Below, one piece after another: positions 17,426 through 26,566 of a stretch of 64,000 nt of DNA. Source of the stretch: an uncultured virus (IMG/VR IMGVR_UViG_3300044679_000029) (Duplodnaviria; Heunggongvirae; Uroviricota; Caudoviricetes); IMG/VR virus record IMGVR_UViG_3300044679_000029, positions 32,001-96,000 of that record; one strand, 5' to 3'. The notes beneath the pieces were generated by a model. That model did not search any database. It was not told where the DNA came from and was given only the letters and a program-made list of their open reading frames with translations. Position numbers and translations under genes: made by a program. How positions within the stretch are numbered: the stretch's first letter is position 1; the number at the start of each line of letters is the position of its first letter.

Positions 17426-20109
17426 ACACGTGGTTGTCTGGTACCAAATTAACATTTTTAGCTGAGAGTCCGTCGTACGCTTCCACCAGGGGTAAGGACC
17501 CGTTGACGCCGACTGGTGATGGTATGAAGCGCCTGATTTCAAACATCGCAGCTCGTCTAGCTGTTCAATACGAGAAGCCAGGATTCGTGCTAGAGTACAA
17601 TACTGCGTACGCCGTCGATAGGGTTGGCAAGCCATCTGCCAAACTAATTGAAGAGCATCGTAATGTTTGGCAACAAGAGTGGTCTGATAATACTGCTGGC
17701 GACCAAGTTATTATCGCCTTCGGTATGGCTGCGGTTAAGAGTCTTGGTATTAAGGCGCGCAAGATAAAAGATATCCGCGGAACAGTAATGAAGGCTGTTA
17801 TAAATGGGCGAGAAGTTACTGTAGTACCAACTTTATCTTTTTCGCACGTATACTTGCAGCCTGGTCTTATTAATATATTCCTCCGCGACATAACTCTAGC
17901 AGCTAAAGTTGCTTATTTTGGTGAGACTGTAAAGCCAAAGACTATCGGGGAACTTAGTAAGGACTATATCTACCCCAAGTCTGTTCAAGAGGTTTCAGAC
18001 CTGGTTGATATGATTCTTGCGTATAAAGACCCCGCGAAGATGGACGACGCGGATAAGTGGCCTATCTCTATCGATACGGAAACCAATACACTTAAGACGT
18101 ATAAGCCAGGTGCGAAAGTAATCGTTGTTTCGACCGCGTGGGATAGTGGTAAGGCTGCTGCGATTATTCTTGACCACGACCAAGCGCCGTATGATCCCCG
18201 GGAAGCGTGGGTTCATGTTAAGCGCCTGTTAGAATCGCCTAAGCCGAAGATATTCCACAATGCCAAGTACGACCTGACTATGCTAGAATTAGTATCTGGT
18301 TGTAAAGTTAATAATGTATATTGGGATAGCCTTTGCGCTGAACATTTTTTAGACGAAGATAAAAAAGGTTTTTACGGCTTAAAGAATCTAGCACCATTTT
18401 ATACCCCCGAACTTTCTGGCTACGAGGACGATCTCCATGAGCAACTGCACAAGCAAGAGATTGAGGATGATGAGGCAGAAGACGATGCGGGCGAGGATGC
18501 TGAATTCGAGGAGTATAAGGAAGAAGACGACGGTAAAGCTAAGCCTCAAGAAGACGGAGCCTTTGAGCGCGTCGATCTTAACATCCTGCTACCCTACGCT
18601 GCGGCCGACGCTGACGTTACCAGAGAACTCTGTCGAAATCAATTCCGTACAGTTCTTAGACGAAAAGAAGATACAGACGCCCACAAGGTAATGGACGATC
18701 TGTATATTCCTGGCTCGCGTACACTCGGACGCATGGAACATCGCGGCTGTAAGATTGATTTAGCATTACTATCTGAGTATGAAACTGCATTGACTAAACT
18801 TATTTCCGAAACTAAAACTGAAATCTTTAGACTCGCGGGTAAGGAATTCAATATTAACGCAGCTAAGCAAATCTCAGATACACTGCTGAATCTTAACTTC
18901 GAACTATTTAAGCAAACTAAGAAGGGCAAGATCTCAACAGACAAATCTGTATTTGTTTCGTTACAGGCGAAGTATGTTAGTAATAAAAACCAACCAGATT
19001 TTATTGCCGGCGCTATTACTGACGGCGGAAGACTTCGATTAGTCGAGGCGTTGCTACTATATAAATCAGTCACTAAGATGAAGACGTCGTTCATCAAGAA
19101 TATCAGAAACTATACGGCGATCGACGGCAGACTTCATACATCGTTTAATCTCAATGGAACAGCTACGGGAAGACTATCATCTTCTAGACTAAATCTACAG
19201 AATCTACCGCTCTATATGTGTCGTATTCTGCGGCCGGATGGTTCAGTTGTGTATGCCGGTTTCAATGTTAAATCACTTATCGTACCGGATACGGACAACG
19301 AGGTATGGTTTAATCTCGATATCAAGTCGGCTGAGCTGCGAGTACTAGCGTATTACACACAGGACGCGGAACTTATCAAGAACCTTCGTCCAGATGAAAA
19401 CGGTAAGTTATTAGACGTTCATACGTACTTCATGGCAAAGATTTTGAATCCTGGTGTTGCCGGTGATGAAATTCTTGAGAAATACCGAGAACTAAAGACT
19501 AGGTTAGATGGTGGGGATGATGATTTAAAATTATTTAGAGTAGCCATTAAAAAGACCGTCTTTGGGACACTCTACGGGGCTGGAGGAGCGAAGATAGCTC
19601 AGCAGTTAGGTGATGTTACACCAGAATCAATAAACCAAGCCAAGAAAACGATTGCTGATTTGTTCGCGGCGTTTCCAACGTTGAAGAACTACATCGATAG
19701 CACGCATACCGACGTTAATCGTTATGGAGAAGTTAAGACTGTGTTTGGTCGTCGGCGTAGATTCGGACTAATGGAAACTGGAAGTCAGATGCGGTCGGCA
19801 GCACAACGTGAAGCAGTTAACTTCAAGATTCAATCGACTAGCAGTGACCTTGTAGCTTCTCAGTTGGTTGAAATAGAAGCTCATGCACACGAGATTGGTG
19901 CGAAGGCATTACTTACAGTTCACGATAGTATCAGTGGAACTATACAGAAAAGCCGAGTCAAGGAACTAAAGCCATTCCTGGACAAATATATGATTGACCG
20001 AATCAAAGAAAAATTTCCTTGGTTGCCGGTTGATTTTAGTTACGATTTAGAAATAGGTAAAAATTATGGTCAGCATATTCAGTATTCTGAATATATAAAA
20101 GGATTATAG
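17422..20109 (+). CDS. polA: family A DNA polymerase with 3'-5' exonuclease and N-terminal UDG-like domain
   Basis: IDTET, HNAKYD, YAAAD; TATGRLSS, NLQN, DIKSAELR, KKTVFGTLYG, NFKIQS, TVHDS. Confidence 0.95.
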   Translation: MNTWLSGTKLTFLAESPSYASTRGKDPLTPTGDGMKRLISNIAARLAVQYEKPGFVLEYNTAYAVDRVGKPSAKLIEEHRNVWQQEWSDNTAGDQVIIAFGMAAVKSLGIKARKIKDIRGTVMKAVINGREVTVVPTLSFSHVYLQPGLINIFLRDITLAAKVAYFGETVKPKTIGELSKDYIYPKSVQEVSDLVDMILAYKDPAKMDDADKWPISIDTETNTLKTYKPGAKVIVVSTAWDSGKAAAIILDHDQAPYDPREAWVHVKRLLESPKPKIFHNAKYDLTMLELVSGCKVNNVYWDSLCAEHFLDEDKKGFYGLKNLAPFYTPELSGYEDDLHEQLHKQEIEDDEAEDDAGEDAEFEEYKEEDDGKAKPQEDGAFERVDLNILLPYAAADADVTRELCRNQFRTVLRRKEDTDAHKVMDDLYIPGSRTLGRMEHRGCKIDLALLSEYETALTKLISETKTEIFRLAGKEFNINAAKQISDTLLNLNFELFKQTKKGKISTDKSVFVSLQAKYVSNKNQPDFIAGAITDGGRLRLVEALLLYKSVTKMKTSFIKNIRNYTAIDGRLHTSFNLNGTATGRLSSSRLNLQNLPLYMCRILRPDGSVVYAGFNVKSLIVPDTDNEVWFNLDIKSAELRVLAYYTQDAELIKNLRPDENGKLLDVHTYFMAKILNPGVAGDEILEKYRELKTRLDGGDDDLKLFRVAIKKTVFGTLYGAGGAKIAQQLGDVTPESINQAKKTIADLFAAFPTLKNYIDSTHTDVNRYGEVKTVFGRRRRFGLMETGSQMRSAAQREAVNFKIQSTSSDLVASQLVEIEAHAHEIGAKALLTVHDSISGTIQKSRVKELKPFLDKYMIDRIKEKFPWLPVDFSYDLEIGKNYGQHIQYSEYIKGL

Positions 20110-20110
20110 C

Positions 20111-20212
20111 GTGAAACTCACACAGTCTGATAAAATACGATTCGAGGAAAAATACACACCTGAGCCAAACTCTGGTTGCTGGTTATGGGTTCACCTATTC
20201 AAGAAAAAATAA
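20111..20212 (+). pseudogene. HNH homing endonuclease N-terminal remnant
   Basis: RFEEKYTPEPNSGCWLW then stop after 33 aa. Confidence 0.6.
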
Positions 20213-20524
20213 ATGACTGAACTCTGGGCCATAGTAACTAGTGTACCCGGTACCTATATCATAGGCGACATCGCTTATGGTTTCGGGTATCAGTACGGGA
20301 ATCAAACTATAACACTAAATGAGCCGCTAGTCATTAAAGTTAAAGGCACAAAATTAGTTATAGAAGAATACGACGCGCTAGAAGGCAACGTAACCTTTCC
20401 GTTATCTAACTCCCCGGTAGGTAAACTTAAGAAAAGCTTATACGCCCCAGTAATTCAATACCGGGAGCTTAAAGCGTCTGGTAAGAGCTTTGAGGAAATG
20501 GCGAAGGATATAAGTGAAGATTAA
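20213..20524 (+). CDS. hypothetical protein
   Basis: Co-oriented ORF. Confidence 0.6.
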   Translation: MTELWAIVTSVPGTYIIGDIAYGFGYQYGNQTITLNEPLVIKVKGTKLVIEEYDALEGNVTFPLSNSPVGKLKKSLYAPVIQYRELKASGKSFEEMAKDISED

Positions 20525-20538
20525 TCTGGTGTAATTTT

Positions 20539-22095
20539 TTAGTATACATCGAATTTACCGAGTTGCGTCATCGCAGCCAGTTGGGCAAACGTTAAACTAT
20601 ATAAACTATCATCCGGCAATAGTGGAGATCGTTTCCATAATTTACGATTTGAATTCTCGCTAATCTCTTCAAAATCAGCGAGCACATCATCAAACATAAC
20701 TTTACACTGTTGTTCTTTCGGGAATATCCAATCGCCGCGTTTTACAGATAGCATAAACGTGTCGACCACAGTAGTTTTGTCTGCTATATAACGGTCTTGC
20801 TGATTCCACCTCAGAGGTTTTGCTTGACTCCCCAACTGTACCTGAAAAATAGTATTAGCTGGTAAATTTTCTTTAAGGAGGCTATTCGGGACAGCGCCAC
20901 CGCCGGCATCGCAAAAACATATAGACGGGCCATAACGTCGAAGTATATCAGTCACCTGACGCACTTCCTCACTCGGTGAGATACCTGACGCGAAGATCTT
21001 ATGATGAATAACTCGGTATCGACCGTCATGCGTAATTCCTACTACAGTACAGGCGGTACGAGACATGGCGTTTGGACCAGTAGAGCCGCCAGACCAGTCG
21101 ATGCCTGCGACAATACCTTGGTACTTCTTTTTTTCGATCATCTGAAAGCCGGCATTAATATCTAGCGTTGGGTCACAAAGTGCCTTAAGATCTTCCAAAC
21201 CAACTAGACGTGTGCCTAATGAATCTGATACACCGAGCACTTCGTTCAAGAAAGAACTGGGAGAATACAGTTCCATTTTCTCCAAGATACGTGCCCAGCG
21301 CGACGGACTTTCGCTATTAAGCGGAAGAATTAATTGGCTAATGTGATAACCTTTTATTCGAGCGGTCGGTTTAAGATCGACCCACTTACCACTTCGTGCG
21401 TGAAGCGTATGACCGCAACTAGCGCAGATAATCCCCTTAAGACCAATCGAACGCACTGAATCAATAAAATTTGATTTATTACAACCGTCGCACTTCATCA
21501 CCCACTCGGATGAAGTTGACTGATCAAACAACCATTGTATACCGTTATCGTTAGTTTTAGGTGTACCAGTATATAATATATAACCGTAAGGGCTGTTAGC
21601 TGAACACTCCTTAATAATCGGGAGTAGAGAGATAACATCTAGATCCTGGACCTCGTCCAAGAAGATTCGATCAGCTGAAATACCTCGGATACGATCTGCG
21701 TCTTCCTGCGCGTATGACAAAGCAATTTCCGACCCGTTGGACATAATCTTTAAGAACACGTTTGCAGTAGATCCATAACCACAAAAATTACGACGCACCA
21801 GCGGGGAGTAATTCAATGTCTTAGACAGACGCGTAGTACTAAATTTTGAAGTCTGGTTCTCCGACGGCGACACGTATAACGTCTTCCAGTGTGCTCTAGC
21901 TATACTCTCTGAGATAATGAAGTTTGAGGCCATCGTAGACTTGGAGCACTGACGACCAGATTTAACAATAATTTCTGGCGCGTTACGATCATATATGTCG
22001 TAGGCCCACGGGTAGTCGCGTAAAGATACTGGTTTCCCGTCTAAGTATAATAGACTTTCAACCAGCCTAGATTTGGTTACATTGTACCGGCTCAT
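20539..22095 (-). CDS. terminase large subunit (gpA-like)
   Basis: KSGRQCSKST Walker A, RGISADRIFLDEVQD, GTPKT, CxxC/CxxC, AGIDW nuclease, PDD. Confidence 0.9.
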   Translation of the reverse strand: MSRYNVTKSRLVESLLYLDGKPVSLRDYPWAYDIYDRNAPEIIVKSGRQCSKSTMASNFIISESIARAHWKTLYVSPSENQTSKFSTTRLSKTLNYSPLVRRNFCGYGSTANVFLKIMSNGSEIALSYAQEDADRIRGISADRIFLDEVQDLDVISLLPIIKECSANSPYGYILYTGTPKTNDNGIQWLFDQSTSSEWVMKCDGCNKSNFIDSVRSIGLKGIICASCGHTLHARSGKWVDLKPTARIKGYHISQLILPLNSESPSRWARILEKMELYSPSSFLNEVLGVSDSLGTRLVGLEDLKALCDPTLDINAGFQMIEKKKYQGIVAGIDWSGGSTGPNAMSRTACTVVGITHDGRYRVIHHKIFASGISPSEEVRQVTDILRRYGPSICFCDAGGGAVPNSLLKENLPANTIFQVQLGSQAKPLRWNQQDRYIADKTTVVDTFMLSVKRGDWIFPKEQQCKVMFDDVLADFEEISENSNRKLWKRSPLLPDDSLYSLTFAQLAAMTQLGKFDVY

Positions 22096-22128
22096 AGTAT
22101 AATAATAGACTGATTTATATTTTAGCTA

Positions 22129-22144
22129 AAAATCTGGTATAAGA
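22129..22144 (+). promoter_or_regulatory. AAAATCTGGTATAAGA promoter motif
   Basis: Identical to 4242 and 57728. Confidence 0.7.
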
Positions 22145-22184
22145 ACTTGCTTCTAAAGCATTCATGCTTAGATGGGAGAACAAA

Positions 22185-22442
22185 ATGGCAAAGCTAATAA
22201 ACGAGAATATGTTTGAGTTGGATGACGGTCGTGTCGCTTGTTTTGTCTTTGGGCAGAAGTACGCCCTCAAAGACGGCCGAGTTGGTGAGTACACTGGGTG
22301 TTGTGGCTCCGATATCGAACTGTCTATTGGCGCTGGATCCGCTGGCGGGGTCTACATCATCACGGTTACCGCTGAGGACGTTGAGGACACAGATATCGTT
22401 ACCTTTAAATCCGAGCACCGGAAGTTCAGTTATGAGAACTAA
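22185..22442 (+). CDS. hypothetical protein
   Basis: GGGAG RBS before ATG 22185. Confidence 0.65.
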   Translation: MAKLINENMFELDDGRVACFVFGQKYALKDGRVGEYTGCCGSDIELSIGAGSAGGVYIITVTAEDVEDTDIVTFKSEHRKFSYEN

Positions 22443-22473
22443 AGCACTCATGCTTAGAATGAGGAGATAAATA

Positions 22474-22860
22474 ATGAACTTCAACGCCGGCCGTATTTTG
22501 CTAGGAACATTTAAGCAACATATTACGCGGCTTAATAGTACTACCAAAAAGTACAATGTCACTGGAAGTCGAGATGCTAACTCAATATGTATTACACCAG
22601 TTGACAACCAAGAGTATGAAGTAAAGATATCTATTTATGGTCACGTAGACACTGGTGTAATGTTTCTACGTTTGGGCTTTATACGTACGCCTAAAATTGC
22701 CTGCGCAGATACATTTTCGTTCAAAACTGATTTTAAGCAAGACGAGCTAGCTGAACTTTTAGACACCGTCGACAGAATATTCGCCGGTGAGCTTACAGGA
22801 ACTAATTCACTCGACAAACTTTTAAATGAATGCTATAGTAAAAATATTACTGTAGCTTAG
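22474..22860 (+). CDS. hypothetical protein
   Basis: GAGGAG RBS. Confidence 0.65.
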   Translation: MNFNAGRILLGTFKQHITRLNSTTKKYNVTGSRDANSICITPVDNQEYEVKISIYGHVDTGVMFLRLGFIRTPKIACADTFSFKTDFKQDELAELLDTVDRIFAGELTGTNSLDKLLNECYSKNITVA

Positions 22861-22868
22861 GATATAAC

Positions 22869-23275
22869 ATGACAAAACCAAATTCAGATTTTTATTTTGG
22901 TATCTACAAGAAGGTACTGGACCGTGTGTACTTAGTGTCATAGATAAGTCTTTCTGGGATACGAACCACACGCTTAAAAGCACCGGTATTGTCGACGATG
23001 ACACCAAGGATAAAATTGATAATGATTTTCTAAAGCAGAATTGTAGCAACTCGACCTGCAGTAGTAGTACGTGGTTTCCTGGAAAACGGGTTGATACTAC
23101 TTATGCTAAGTCATGTAGGGACTACCACAATAGTGAATTTAAGACTGAAGAAACCGCGTCTTCGCCGTCAGAAGTACGCAAGATTGTGGAACAGCACGGG
23201 TTTAAGTATAATCAAGATATATCAGATCTTGTGCGAGCCGCAACTGATAAAGCCATGGAGTTGCTAAATGGATAA
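22869..23275 (+). pseudogene. gene apparently split by a 1-nt frameshift
   Basis: ATG 22869 frame stops after 24 aa; the -1 frame runs about 120 codons (EGTGPCVLSVIDKSFWD...MELLNG*) with no upstream start. Confidence 0.5.
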
Positions 23276-23380
23276 AATTTTTGGCTTGTTCGATGGCTGG
23301 AAAGTAACAGTAACGCCTAGCAAGACCCCGTAGCGAATAGCAGTACAGAGTGCATCATTCTATAACAAGGATTCAAATAT

Positions 23381-24625
23381 ATGTCAAAGACTACAGCAGA
23401 GAGCCCAGATACTAATAAGCAGGCGGATGTTGAGCAGTTCAAGTTGATGAAGATGCAGTGGGGCGATCCGGCGTTCGTGAAGGCACACATTAAGGCGTGC
23501 ATGGATACGAATGAGGTCGCCGGAGTCATTGGTAAGGCCGGTATCGGTAAGACCGATATCGTTCAGCAGCTCGTGAAGGAATTGTCCGAGAGTACGGGCA
23601 AGACGTGGGGATGTCGTGTTATCCAACTCCAGCATTTGGAGAAGGAGGACATCGCGGGATTTCCGTTCCCAGATCCTGATAACAGTCACAGCGTGGTGAT
23701 GCGTCTTCTGAAGCGGTTGCCTCGCGAAGGTGATTGTGAGGAGTGTGGCATTATCTTCTTCGATGAGTTCAATCGAGCAGATAAGTCAGTCACGAATGCT
23801 GTCTTCCCCGTCATGGAGGAGCGTCGTATCGGTGACTGGTACGTTCCAAAGGGTTGGCACGTTGTTCTCGCTGGTAACGTCTCTGATGACGCCTACGCGG
23901 TGAATGAGGCGGAGAAGGATCCCGCTATTCGTCGCCGTGTGTGCTGGGTCGGTGCTGTGTGCAATAGCCGTCAGTGGTTGGAGTATGCGCGGTCTGTCGG
24001 TATGCACCAGTCTGTGATCGAGTTCATCGCTGCAAATCCCCCGGCTCTGTACGATGACACCGCGCATCGCAATGGTGCGATTGGTGCTTCTCCTGCGTCT
24101 TGGGAGAAGGTTTCCAAGTCGATGCACGCTGCCGGAAAGAATGGAAAGGCTGTCCTCAGCAAGATCGCCGGAAACATTGGTCTTCCGCGGGCGCTCGATT
24201 TCGTTAAGTTCGCCGAAGAGATCAGCAATAAGCCACCTCCACCGCTTGAAATTCTCTTGAATTTCACTACGGATGAGAATCTACAGCGTCGAGTCAAGAT
24301 GCTGGAGCCGGGTGAGACTGCAAACCTCAGTTCGTCCGTCTTGCACGCTCTCAACGAGTTGAGTGCAGACGCCGATCAGAAGGTCGTTGAGACCAATCTG
24401 GCCGAGTATCTGAATACTCTCACGAGCGACGGGTTCGCCAACTTCATCGAGTTGGTGGTTCAGTCGGTGGCAACTAACATGTCACCGATTGCGGCGAGCG
24501 TGTTGGAGAGCATGTCGCAGGACAAGAAGTATAAGGCTCGCGCCAAGAAGGTCCAGAAGTCGATTGCCTCGTTGAACGGCAAGTCGGTGGTATTGACTGA
24601 TGGCGATAAGACGGTGACAGTCTAG
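23381..24625 (+). CDS. MoxR-like AAA+ ATPase
   Basis: GKAGIGKT, IFFDEFNRA, LAGN, DPAIRRR, SPASWE. Confidence 0.88.
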   Translation: MSKTTAESPDTNKQADVEQFKLMKMQWGDPAFVKAHIKACMDTNEVAGVIGKAGIGKTDIVQQLVKELSESTGKTWGCRVIQLQHLEKEDIAGFPFPDPDNSHSVVMRLLKRLPREGDCEECGIIFFDEFNRADKSVTNAVFPVMEERRIGDWYVPKGWHVVLAGNVSDDAYAVNEAEKDPAIRRRVCWVGAVCNSRQWLEYARSVGMHQSVIEFIAANPPALYDDTAHRNGAIGASPASWEKVSKSMHAAGKNGKAVLSKIAGNIGLPRALDFVKFAEEISNKPPPPLEILLNFTTDENLQRRVKMLEPGETANLSSSVLHALNELSADADQKVVETNLAEYLNTLTSDGFANFIELVVQSVATNMSPIAASVLESMSQDKKYKARAKKVQKSIASLNGKSVVLTDGDKTVTV

Positions 24626-25476
24626 ATTAGACTGTTACAAGCAGTTGTGTAGGACGTAAGACAGTCCAGCAAGTGGTTCTCCACAGAGGCTAATTTGCCT
24701 AGTTGGATGTCTAACGGGGTCTCAGAGAAGGTGGTAGTAGTGAGGTCGTTCTTGTTCGTCTCCGACCAAGCTGCTACCACCTCTTCTGTTGACAGCCCTG
24801 TTCCATTGCGATTCAAATATTTAAGTTCTTCGGCAGCAAAAGTTAATACATCTGGACATACAAGCATACCATATTCATGTAGACATCCAGCCGTGTATAC
24901 GCGCGGTTCTCTGTCTAACGTGGTACCAAAAGCGCCGGTATTTTCTAAGACAAAATCGGCCTCGATACACGCCCAGGCTAAATATGCTGGAGTTACCGGG
25001 CGTAAGATTTCTGTGTCAGGAATTTCTCCGGCAAATGCGGCAACCGTTGTAGCGAAGACATTAGCGTCCATTAAGAATACTGGCATATCAATGAGAAGCA
25101 TCGCGGATAGGAGTTTATTCCTATTTTCATGGGATAAGTCTATATCATGCTCATCAGCTAGTGTATGCCAGATAGTATCTGGGTCAAAAGTAGTTATTAA
25201 TGGGCCTAAAACATTCGTGGCTGCAAGCAAGACTAAACTGGCATTAGTGTCGGGGTTAGCCAATAAAACCTTACTACGGGTCTGCCAGGCCCCCGTACCA
25301 GTCTTATAGTTAATAGTCCTATCCTCATAATGACCCGCGATCTCAGATTGATTACGTTTGCAGGCCGATGCTGCAGCATCAAATGCTGCCTTGGCTTTTA
25401 TAATTGCTTTATTTAGGGCTGGGCTATTCTTAGTGCGCCCAATAGGATCTAAGGCATACGGTTCTTCGATTGTCAT
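24622..25476 (-). CDS. hypothetical protein (probable head-associated)
   Basis: 284-aa ORF coupled to 25481-26467. Confidence 0.65.
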   Translation of the reverse strand: MTIEEPYALDPIGRTKNSPALNKAIIKAKAAFDAAASACKRNQSEIAGHYEDRTINYKTGTGAWQTRSKVLLANPDTNASLVLLAATNVLGPLITTFDPDTIWHTLADEHDIDLSHENRNKLLSAMLLIDMPVFLMDANVFATTVAAFAGEIPDTEILRPVTPAYLAWACIEADFVLENTGAFGTTLDREPRVYTAGCLHEYGMLVCPDVLTFAAEELKYLNRNGTGLSTEEVVAAWSETNKNDLTTTTFSETPLDIQLGKLASVENHLLDCLTSYTTACNSLI

Positions 25477-25480
25477 ATCT

Positions 25481-26467
25481 TTATCGTCTATACCCGAGAT
25501 TATCGACTAAGATATTTTGAAGATCACGAGGCATGCCAGGTAACTCTCGGCCTAACGCGTCCGGGTCCAAATCGCCGTCTGGTGCCACGGAATTCTGAAA
25601 ATCTTCTCCGAAAATATCGCCGTACAGTTCAGGTGGTGAACCAAGTAATCTAGACATACCCACGTCTCGACCACCCACATTAACTTGCTCTTCCGCCAAT
25701 TTTGAAGTATTAAAAATAGTTAATACCGCATCCGGAATTGAGTGGCCATAAAACCTTTCAACTTCTGACTTTTCGTCTAGTTCTGAGATACTCTGAGCCA
25801 GCTTAACAAGGGACTTGCGATCGTGACTTTCAGTAATTTTAACGCTAGCTAGTTTATCTGCCATATCGCGATAGGCTATTGAATTAGCCTCGTTGTTGGC
25901 AATCATAGACCTTACCTCAAGCCAGTCTCTCACGGCTGTGAGATCTGAACGGACGCATCCTGACAACTTCTCCACAGCAACATTTACTGGCACATTCAAC
26001 TGTGCAGCCTTCGTCATTAGTCGAACGGCCGCCTGAACTCGTTGCGCGACTGGCATCGTAGTGGCTTCCGCGATAGCCTCAGAAGCTAGCTTAACGGTTT
26101 CAGCGTCCTTAACAGCCCAACGCTTTTCATCTGGCAGCAAATAAAATTTATCATCTATAGCAGCAGCAGTTTTAATAGTTGGGATTGCAATACCGTAAAT
26201 ATCGCAGGCTTCCTTTACGGCAAGCTTAATAGAATCCGGAACAGACGGGTCAGTCGCATACAAATATGACAGGGCGGCGTGCGCTGATTCATGAATAGGA
26301 AACTTACGACCATTCTGGTCGGCGAATGCGGAATCAGGTAAATTATCATATTCATCTGGTCCGACAGAAGCTGTCTTAATAAGTTCGCTAGCATCGGGAT
26401 AAGACTTAAGTAAAGATGCTAACCGACGAAAACTGGGGTCTGAAAACTGATCTGTTAGATTAGGCAT
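25481..26467 (-). CDS. hypothetical protein (probable internal head protein)
   Basis: LPDSAFA..RKFPIH motif; recurrent K[TL]A motifs; AGGAG RBS. Confidence 0.65.
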   Translation of the reverse strand: MPNLTDQFSDPSFRRLASLLKSYPDASELIKTASVGPDEYDNLPDSAFADQNGRKFPIHESAHAALSYLYATDPSVPDSIKLAVKEACDIYGIAIPTIKTAAAIDDKFYLLPDEKRWAVKDAETVKLASEAIAEATTMPVAQRVQAAVRLMTKAAQLNVPVNVAVEKLSGCVRSDLTAVRDWLEVRSMIANNEANSIAYRDMADKLASVKITESHDRKSLVKLAQSISELDEKSEVERFYGHSIPDAVLTIFNTSKLAEEQVNVGGRDVGMSRLLGSPPELYGDIFGEDFQNSVAPDGDLDPDALGRELPGMPRDLQNILVDNLGYRR

Positions 26468-26566
26468 TTAAGGCTCCTTACAACGATATACAATAATAGG
26501 ATGTAGGTATCACAGGTATTATGGCCCCGTTTCGAACAGAAGTCAACTAATAACAAAGGTATTTTA

